Assembly: GCA_023393045.1 (NCBI GenBank)
Contig: JAEWMV010000154.1
Location: 1-41,623 of the forward strand
From: Bacillota bacterium
GTDB lineage: Bacteria; Bacillota; Clostridia; Christensenellales; CAG-138
Direction of reading: 5' to 3'
DNA: 41,623 nucleotides
In this document: piece by piece, positions 34,062 to 41,623 of the stretch
How positions within the stretch are numbered: the first letter of the stretch is position 1
How the letters are laid out: each line of letters begins with the position of its first letter
The notes under the pieces: model-generated
The model's database searches: none
Seen by the model: the letters and a program-made list of their open reading frames with translations, nothing else
What the model was told of the DNA's origin: nothing
Program-made: the position numbers and the translations under genes

Positions 34062-34072
34062 GCGCGGCCGCG

Positions 34073-34786
34073 CTAGCTGATGACGCCCGCGTCGTAGGCC
34101 GGCACAACATCCGTGATGTCCTGACGGAAGCAGTACTTCACGTCCTCCTCAAAGCCCAGCTTCACAAGGCGCGCGTAATGCTCCGTCACGGAAAGGTCGG
34201 CGCGGCCCTCGCGCCAGTCCGCGTAGAGCATGCAGCAGACCATGGTGAAATCCGTCGCCTCCATGGGCTTGCCGGAAAGCCCGTTCATCGCCTCGGCGAT
34301 GGCGCCCGCGGCACAAAGGTCGTCCGCGGAAATGCGGCCGTTCGTGCCCGCGCAGACGATGAGCACGTCGTCGCCCAACTCAAGCGCGCGCCTCGCGACC
34401 GCGGTGCGGTTGATGAGCCCGCCGATGAGCACGGTTTTGGCGCTGCTCACGCCGTTGATGGCCACGGTGCCGTTGGTGGTGCTTAAGATCACCTGTTTGC
34501 CGCCGACCGCTTCACGGCTGAATTCCGCGGGGGAATTGCCCAGCGCGAAGTCGGGCAGGCGGACCCCGCCGCGCTCTCCCGCGAGAACGCAGTCCCTCAC
34601 GCCCAGGCGCATCGCCAGCGCCGCCGCCTCGCCGGGGTCGGCCGCGGGCACGATGCGCTGCGCGCCGTTCATGATCGCGGTGATGATGCTCGAGGATGCC
34701 CGAAGCACGTCCACGACGATGACGGTATAGTTTGAAAGATGGCTCGCAAGTATCCTGCTGTAAAGCGGTATCGTATCGATTTTCAC
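34073..34786 (-). CDS. comB: 2-phosphosulfolactate phosphatase (ComB) family protein
   Basis: N-terminus ...YTVIVVDVLRASSSIITAIMNGAQRIVP is typical of the ComB family. Length is about 237 aa. Confidence 0.75.
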   Translation of the reverse strand: MKIDTIPLYSRILASHLSNYTVIVVDVLRASSSIITAIMNGAQRIVPAADPGEAAALAMRLGVRDCVLAGERGGVRLPDFALGNSPAEFSREAVGGKQVILSTTNGTVAINGVSSAKTVLIGGLINRTAVARRALELGDDVLIVCAGTNGRISADDLCAAGAIAEAMNGLSGKPMEATDFTMVCCMLYADWREGRADLSVTEHYARLVKLGFEEDVKYCFRQDITDVVPAYDAGVIS

Positions 34787-34852
34787 ATGAAGCTCCTTCC
34801 GGACGGCGCGTTTTCGCCGCCCCCTACAGATGTTATTTTAGCAAATCGCAGG

Positions 34853-35365
34853 CTAATTTGCAAACATGGCGCGGGTGAAGAGCAGCGCCAGCGCCGCGCC
34901 CAGAAGCGAGCAAATCAGCGCGACGGGAATGGTCGCGCGCGTTTTTTTCACGCCCACGGAGCCGAAATAGAGCGCCACGGTGTAAAAGATGGTCTCGGTG
35001 GAGCCAAGCATGATGCTCGCGGCGATTCCGAGGAAGCTGTCCGCGCCGTAAGAATCAAACACGTCCTTTAAAAGGGACATTGCGGCGTTGCCCGAAAACG
35101 GACGCAGCACCATCATGGGCGCAAGCTCCGGCGGCATGCCCACGGTCTCGAGCGCGGGGGAGATGAAGCCGATGAACGCGTCGAGCGCGCCCGAGGCGCG
35201 CAGCACGCGAAGGGCGATGAGCATGGCCGCGATGCAGGGCAGTATGCGCGCGAGCAAAGGCAGCCCTTCCCGCGCGCCCTGCACGAAAGCGTCGTATACA
35301 TCGATGCGGCGGATGAGCGCAAAGAGGAGGAGCACTGCGATGAGCGCGGGCATGAGCCAGTTCAT
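34853..35365 (-). CDS. spmB: Spore maturation protein B (nucleoside-recognition/Gate-domain membrane protein)
   Basis: MNWLMPALIAVLLLFALIRRIDVYDAFVQGAREGL resembles the SpmB N-terminus. Overlaps the spmA stop by 4 nt. Confidence 0.8.
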   Translation of the reverse strand: MNWLMPALIAVLLLFALIRRIDVYDAFVQGAREGLPLLARILPCIAAMLIALRVLRASGALDAFIGFISPALETVGMPPELAPMMVLRPFSGNAAMSLLKDVFDSYGADSFLGIAASIMLGSTETIFYTVALYFGSVGVKKTRATIPVALICSLLGAALALLFTRAMFAN

Positions 35366-35952
35366 TTCCCGCGTCCTTTATTATATGGAAAGAGTTTGCA
35401 GGAGAGCTTCATCAGCGCGGCCGCCAGGGCAAAGCAGATCACGGAGGAGACGAATGTGGGCAGCACGATGGAGTAAATATCCGCAGACCCCGCCGCCGCG
35501 CGAAGCGCGAGCACGCCCGCGGGTATGATTTCAATGGCGGTGGAGTTGAGCGCGAGGAACATGCACATGCCGTCCGTCGCGACATCGCTCTTGCCGGAGG
35601 CTTCGCTCATCTCGCGCATGGCCTCAAGGCCAAAGGGCGTCGCCGCGCTGCCCGCGCCAAAAAAATTTGCGGCGAGGTTGAGCGTGATGGGCGCGATGGC
35701 GTTTTCTGAATTCGGGAAAAGATAGGAAAGGGGCTTCTGCGCCCTTTTGGCGAGCTTTTCAATGAGCCCCGCGGCTTTGGCGACGTTCATGAGCCCCATC
35801 CAGAGGAGGTACGCGCCCGCGAGCGTGACGCAGAGCGTCACCGCCTCGCCCGCGCCCTCCGTCATGGCTGTGGCGACTGCGTCGGCGCGGCCCGCGGCGA
35901 TGCCCCATACGAGGCCCACGATCATCATGCCTGCCCAGATATAGTTCATCAT
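35362..35952 (-). CDS. spmA: Spore maturation protein A
   Basis: MMNYIWAGMMIVGLVWGIAAG...LWMGLMNVAKAAGLIEKLAKR resembles SpmA. Paired with spmB. Confidence 0.8.
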   Translation of the reverse strand: MMNYIWAGMMIVGLVWGIAAGRADAVATAMTEGAGEAVTLCVTLAGAYLLWMGLMNVAKAAGLIEKLAKRAQKPLSYLFPNSENAIAPITLNLAANFFGAGSAATPFGLEAMREMSEASGKSDVATDGMCMFLALNSTAIEIIPAGVLALRAAAGSADIYSIVLPTFVSSVICFALAAALMKLSCKLFPYNKGRGK

Positions 35953-36064
35953 GGGGTAAATGTATGCGAAAACGCGCCCGAACTTGCCTCGCCTCCGGCG
36001 CGCCGGCGCGACAATTTACAAATTAAAACTTGGGTATAACCACTTTTAAGGGATGCGCTGCCCG

Positions 36065-36093
36065 TTGACAATCCCAATAATATTAAGGATAAT
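36065..36093 (+). promoter_or_regulatory. Promoter of glnS
   Basis: TTGACA (36065-36070), 17-nt spacer, GATAAT (36088-36093). Confidence 0.6.
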
Positions 36094-36127
36094 AGTGTGG
36101 AATTCCACTTGAAAGGACGTGAAGGCA

Positions 36128-37771
<1,644 letters not shown>

Positions 37772-37786
<15 letters not shown>

Positions 37787-37807
37787 CAGTGAATAGTGAA
37801 TAACTAG
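37772..37807 (+). repeat. Stop-rich repeat, copy B. Overlaps the glnS stop and fills most of the glnS-gltX spacer.
   Basis: ccagctaataactaacagtgaatagtgaataactag. Carries stop codons in all three forward frames (TAA, TAA, TAG). Confidence 0.75.
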
Positions 37808-37827
37808 TTTATTGTGGGGTGAAAGCC

Positions 37828-39279
37828 ATGACCATCAGAACCAGATTCGCGCCAAGCCCTACGGGGTACATGCACCTTGGCGGCATGCGCACGGCGCTCT
37901 ATACCTACCTGTTCACGCGTCAAAACAAGGGCGTGTTTATCCTTCGCATCGAGGATACCGACCAGAACCGCTATGTGGAGGGGGCGACGGACGTCATCTA
38001 CCGCACGCTCAAGGGCATCGGCCTTGACTGGGACGAGGGTCCCGACGTGGGCGGCGCTTACGGCCCCTATGTGCAAAGCGAAAGGAAGGACATGTACCTG
38101 CCCTACGCCAAGGCGCTTGTGGAAAAAGGCGGCGCATATTACTGCTTTTGCACCAACGAGGAGCTGGACGCGCGGCGCGAAGAAGCCGCGGCGAAGGGCG
38201 AAACCTATAAATACGACAAGCACTGCCTGCACCTTTCCAAAGAGGAGATTCAGGCGAAGCTCGACGCGGGCACGCCCTATGTGATCCGCCAGAACGTGCC
38301 GCTTGCGGGCGAGGCGTCCTTTGACGACCTCATCTACGGGCACATCAAGGTGGACTGCGCCGATCTGGACGATCAGGTGCTCATCAAGGCGGACGGCATG
38401 CCCACCTATAATTTTGCAAACGTGGTGGACGACCACACCATGGCCATCACCCACGTGATGCGGGGCAACGAGTACCTCGCCTCCACGCCGAAGTACAACC
38501 TCCTCTACGAGGCGTTCGGCTGGGATAAGCCCGTGTACATCCATCTGACCAATATCATGCGGGACGCGACGCACAAGCTCTCTAAGCGCACAGGGGACGC
38601 CTATTACGAGGACTACATCGCCAAGGGGTACCTCAAGGAGGCGATCCTCAACTATGTGGCGCTGCTGGGCTGGAATCCGGGGGACGAGCGGGAGTTCTTC
38701 ACGCTCCCCGAGCTCGTCGATGCGTTCTCCATAGAGGGCTTGAGCAAGTCCCCGGCGATATTCGACGTCGCCAAGCTCACCTGGATGAACGCGGAGTATA
38801 TCCGGCGACTCACGCCGGAGGAGTATAGCGCGCACGCGCTTGCGTGGTATGAGAAGGCGGGCGTCGCGCACATGGATAAGGACGTGCTCTGCCGCATACT
38901 GCAGCCGCGCACGGAGGTGTTTTGTGCGCTGCCGGAGACGGTGGACTTCCTCGTAAAGCTCGACGAAGACTATGACATTGAGTTTTTCACCAACAAGAAG
39001 TCCAAGACGGATGTTGAGGTGTCTCTCGCCGTGCTGGGTGATGTGATCCCCGCGCTCAGCGCACTCCCCGCATGGACGGAGGAGGCGCTGCACGGCACGC
39101 TCATCGGCATGGCGGAAAAGAAGGGAATGAAGAACGGCACGCTGCTCTGGCCGGTGCGCATCGCGCTCTCGGGCAGGCAGGTCACGCCGGGCGGCGCAAT
39201 CGAAATCGCGTACCTCTTAGGCCGTGAGGAAGCGCTTCGAAGGCTGGCGCTCGGGCGAAGTAAGCTCAGCAAAAACTAA
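37828..39279 (+). CDS. gltX: Glutamate--tRNA ligase
   Basis: I prefer ATG 37828 (MTIRTRFAPSPTGYMHLGGMRTALY). KLSKR motif. WPVRIALSG near the C-terminus. Confidence 0.9.
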   Translation: MTIRTRFAPSPTGYMHLGGMRTALYTYLFTRQNKGVFILRIEDTDQNRYVEGATDVIYRTLKGIGLDWDEGPDVGGAYGPYVQSERKDMYLPYAKALVEKGGAYYCFCTNEELDARREEAAAKGETYKYDKHCLHLSKEEIQAKLDAGTPYVIRQNVPLAGEASFDDLIYGHIKVDCADLDDQVLIKADGMPTYNFANVVDDHTMAITHVMRGNEYLASTPKYNLLYEAFGWDKPVYIHLTNIMRDATHKLSKRTGDAYYEDYIAKGYLKEAILNYVALLGWNPGDEREFFTLPELVDAFSIEGLSKSPAIFDVAKLTWMNAEYIRRLTPEEYSAHALAWYEKAGVAHMDKDVLCRILQPRTEVFCALPETVDFLVKLDEDYDIEFFTNKKSKTDVEVSLAVLGDVIPALSALPAWTEEALHGTLIGMAEKKGMKNGTLLWPVRIALSGRQVTPGGAIEIAYLLGREEALRRLALGRSKLSKN

Positions 39280-39315
39280 AAACGGCGCGAAACTGGCCGG
39301 GACGGGAGGCAGATC

Positions 39316-40080
39316 ATGACAGAAAAGCAGCTTCTCGATATGTGGCGCTTCGAGGAGGAATTCCCCTTCGGGGGATGGGATTTTTCGCATCTGGACGGCC
39401 GGTGGGAGGAGGAGACCCTCCCCTGGGATTATGACGCAATCGTGCGGCGGCACCTTCGGCCGGAGCATGTGATACTGGACATGGACACGGGCGGCGGCGA
39501 GTATCTTCTCTCGCTCCGGCACCCGTATGAGCAGACGGCGGCGACGGAATCCTACCCGCCCAATTTCGAGCTGTGCCAAAATGAGCTGGAGCCGCTTGGC
39601 GTCACCATCGCCCGCTGCGACCCCGAACGCGAGCGGTTGCCTTTTGAAAACAATTCCTTTGATCTCGTGATGAACCGCCACGGCGCGTACCGCGCCGTGG
39701 AGATCATGCGGGTTTTGAAGTCCGGCGGCGTTTTCATCACGGAGCAGGTGGGCGGGCGCAACAACATGCTGCTCTCCACGCGGCTGCTGCCGGATTACGC
39801 GCCGCTCTACCCCGCGCACGACCTCGCGCACGAGCGCGCGCGCTTTGAGGCGGCGGGCTTTGAATTGCTTGAAACCAAGGAATATTTTCCAAACGTGCGC
39901 TTTTTCGACATCGGCGCGCTCGTTTACTTCGCGCGCATCATCCAATGGGAATTCCCCGGCTTTGGCGTGGATGCCTGCCGCGCGGAACTGCTTTCTCTGC
40001 AGCGCGAGATCCAGGAGCGCGGCGAGGTGAAAAGCCTCGAGCACCGCTTCCTCATCGTCGCCCGCAAACCGAAAAAATGA
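39316..40080 (+). CDS. Class I SAM-dependent methyltransferase
   Basis: Motif I ILDMDTGGGEYL. FDLVMNRHGA. VLKSGGVFITEQ. Confidence 0.75.
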   Translation: MTEKQLLDMWRFEEEFPFGGWDFSHLDGRWEEETLPWDYDAIVRRHLRPEHVILDMDTGGGEYLLSLRHPYEQTAATESYPPNFELCQNELEPLGVTIARCDPERERLPFENNSFDLVMNRHGAYRAVEIMRVLKSGGVFITEQVGGRNNMLLSTRLLPDYAPLYPAHDLAHERARFEAAGFELLETKEYFPNVRFFDIGALVYFARIIQWEFPGFGVDACRAELLSLQREIQERGEVKSLEHRFLIVARKPKK

Positions 40081-40092
40081 GGCAAGCCGGAC

Positions 40093-40122
40093 TTGCATTG
40101 AAATTGCGCAATGTGTTATAAT
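40093..40122 (+). promoter_or_regulatory. Promoter of the rpsF-ssb-rpsR operon
   Basis: TTGCAT (40093-40098), 18-nt spacer ending in TGT (extended -10), TATAAT (40117-40122). Confidence 0.6.
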
Positions 40123-40142
40123 ATAGCGCTAACGTACTTCTT

Positions 40143-40163
40143 GCGCCGCCCAGGAAGCGGCGC
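40143..40163 (+). promoter_or_regulatory. 5'-UTR hairpin, a possible rpsF (S6:S18) autoregulatory leader
   Basis: gcgccgc-ccaggaa-gcggcgc forms a 7-bp GC stem between the promoter and the RBS AAGGAGG (40175-40181). Confidence 0.3.
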
Positions 40164-40189
40164 CATCAGACCATAAGGAGGTGAAATGC

Positions 40190-40477
40190 GTGAACAAATA
40201 CGAAGCTATGTATGTGATCGCGCCCGAACTCGAAGAGGAAGCCGTCAAGGCTCTGATCGAGAAGTTTTCGGGCATTATTACCGCCAACGGCGGTGAGATC
40301 GGCAGCGTGGACGAATGGGGCAAGCGCCGTCTTGCGTACCCCATCGACTACAAGACCGAAGGTTACTATGTGCTGCTTACGTTCGCGGGTGCGCCCGAGC
40401 TCCCCAAGGAGCTGGAGCGTAACTTCAACAACGATGAGAATCTCATCCGTTATCTCGTCGTGCGCAAGGAAGCGTAA
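40190..40477 (+). CDS. rpsF: 30S ribosomal protein S6
   Basis: GTG 40190 lies 8 nt after AAGGAGG and gives MNKYEAMYVIAPELEEE.... GKRRLAYPI motif. Confidence 0.9.
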   Translation: MNKYEAMYVIAPELEEEAVKALIEKFSGIITANGGEIGSVDEWGKRRLAYPIDYKTEGYYVLLTFAGAPELPKELERNFNNDENLIRYLVVRKEA

Positions 40478-40507
40478 GCGCTCGTTCAAGGAAAGGTTGG
40501 TAATGGG

Positions 40508-40933
40508 ATGAACAAGGTGTTTTTAATCGGCAACCTGACCAAGGACCCCGATGTCCGCACGACCGCGGGCGGCACGAGCGTGTGCACGTTCCGCATCGCG
40601 GTGACGCGCCGTTTTCAGAATCAGCAGGGCGAGCGCGTGTCGGACTTTTTCGATGTTGTGGCTTGGCGTCAGCTCGCGGACCTCTGCGGGCGTTATCTCG
40701 CCAAGGGCCGCAAGGTCGCGGTCGTGGGCGAGCTGCAAACGCGTTCCTACGAGGCCAAGGACGGCACCAAGCGCTACGTTACCGAGATTGTCGCGGACGA
40801 GATCGAATTCCTCTCGCCGCGTGAGGGCAGGGAAAGCACGGGCCAGGGCGGCGATTACGCGCGTCCGGAACCCGCGCAGCAGAATGCCCCGGAAGGATTC
40901 ATCGACATCGAGGACGACCAGCTCCCCTTCTGA
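40508..40933 (+). CDS. ssb: Single-stranded DNA-binding protein
   Basis: MNKVFLIGNLTKDPDVRTT...FRIAV (OB fold). Acidic tail ending DDQLPF. Confidence 0.9.
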   Translation: MNKVFLIGNLTKDPDVRTTAGGTSVCTFRIAVTRRFQNQQGERVSDFFDVVAWRQLADLCGRYLAKGRKVAVVGELQTRSYEAKDGTKRYVTEIVADEIEFLSPREGRESTGQGGDYARPEPAQQNAPEGFIDIEDDQLPF

Positions 40934-40972
40934 GCGTCGTTCCGGTGAACTTATGAAAGGAGATTTCTCATC

Positions 40973-41215
40973 ATGGAAGAGCGTAAGATGAGACCCCGTC
41001 CGCGCAAGGGCAGGCGCAAAGTCTGCGGTTTCTGCGTTGACAAGGTTGAGCATATCGATTATAAGGACGTGCCGAGGCTGAGGAAATTCACCACTGAGAG
41101 CGGCAAAATCATGCCGCGCAGGATGAGCGGCGTTTGCGCCAAGCATCAGCGCGAGCTCGCCATCGCCATCAAGCGCGCGCGTCAGGTCGCCCTGATGCCC
41201 TACGTTTCGGACTAA
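40973..41215 (+). CDS. rpsR: 30S ribosomal protein S18
   Basis: [56 protein letters not shown]. Confidence 0.9.
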   Translation: MEERKMRPRPRKGRRKVCGFCVDKVEHIDYKDVPRLRKFTTESGKIMPRRMSGVCAKHQRELAIAIKRARQVALMPYVSD

Positions 41216-41245
41216 GGCGAACAAACCACCCCGAAGAACGTTAGT

Positions 41246-41272
41246 CGGAGCCGCAGTACGGCTCCGTTTTTT
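41246..41272 (+). terminator. Rho-independent terminator of the rpsF operon
   Basis: cggagccg-cagta-cggctccg, followed by tttttt. Confidence 0.8.
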
Positions 41273-41294
41273 ATTCCATAGGGGGAATAGAAAA

Positions 41295-41318
41295 GGGACG
41301 GCCACGGCCGTCCCTTTT
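41295..41318. terminator. Second, bidirectional hairpin terminator
   Basis: gggacggc-cacg-gccgtccc, flanked by aaaa upstream and tttt downstream. Serves the convergent minus-strand gene. Confidence 0.6.
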
Positions 41319-41337
41319 GATGCATGAGTGATTGGGC

Positions 41338-41623
41338 TTATTTCTCCTTTTTGCGGGCGACAAACGCGACGCCAAGCGAGGAGAGCACTGCGAGAGCTCC
41401 CGCGATGCCGCTCCAGTCGAACGCACCGGTCTGGGGCGCGCCGAGCGGGATTTCCACCTCCTGGTTGAAGCTCGCCTGGACAGAGAGCGTGTAGACCGGG
41501 ATTTCCTCGATGAAGGGATCTCCCTCTTCGGGGGTCACAACCCTATAAATGAAGGATTCGGTCGCGCTGCCCCAGTCGAGGGCGCCGGGCGTCCAGCCGA
41601 GGAATTCATAGCCGGCAAGGTAC
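41338..41623 (-). CDS. C-terminal part of a cell-wall-anchored surface protein (sortase-type sorting signal). The 5' end is off-window.
   Basis: The frame stays open to the window edge (...YLAGYEFLGWTPGALDWGSATESFIYRVVTPEEG...). It ends LGAPQTG, then the hydrophobic AFDWSGIAGALAVLSSLGVAFVA, then the basic tail RKKEK. Confidence 0.7.
   Translation of the reverse strand, partial: YLAGYEFLGWTPGALDWGSATESFIYRVVTPEEGDPFIEEIPVYTLSVQASFNQEVEIPLGAPQTGAFDWSGIAGALAVLSSLGVAFVARKKEK

Noticed and set aside
35953-36127. T-box leader ahead of glnS, and likewise ahead of gltX at 37787-37827
   Set aside because: The glnS promoter (36065-36093) leaves only a ~35-nt leader, and the gltX spacer is 41 nt. T-box leaders need about 200 nt or more, and I found no T-box sequence.

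Overview
This looks like a Firmicutes/Clostridia-type chromosome segment: GGAGG ribosome-binding sites, spmA/spmB and a sortase-type anchor. Taxonomy is inference only. The window has two parts.

(A) 1-17868 is accessory DNA that ends in an xis/int module beside a rearranged tRNA-Arg(CCU) locus. It carries a co-directional block of:
- a deletion remnant of a Ser/Thr kinase;
- two large paralogous non-RD Ser/Thr kinases, each with a conserved kinase head and a divergent TPR/WD40-like body;
- an 1158-aa membrane-less fusion of Clp_N, a ClpB-D2-like AAA+ module, a receiver-like segment and an FtsH-type AAA+/M41 protease;
- two lipoproteins, one with leucine-rich repeats.

An AT-richer module follows, with a metallophosphoesterase and a predicted pseudokinase.

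I cannot match the kinase plus Clp_N/FtsH fusion block to any named defence or signalling system. It is the main candidate for a novel system. The working idea is phosphorylation-directed proteolysis, by analogy with McsB/ClpC.

(B) 17.9-41.6 kb is ordinary GC-rich housekeeping DNA: an MFS transporter, radC, a phospho-sugar mutase, a MATE pump, a nitroreductase, adenine deaminase plus xdhABC-like genes, an acyltransferase, glmS, a lipoprotein, comB-like, spmBA, glnS, gltX, a methyltransferase, rpsF-ssb-rpsR and a partial wall-anchored protein.

Smaller oddities:
- a decapitated tRNA-Arg gene that keeps a consensus promoter;
- a stop-codon-rich 25-30 nt repeat family in three copies;
- a perfect 13-bp-arm palindrome.

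All calls come from reading the sequence and recognising motifs. No database searches were run.
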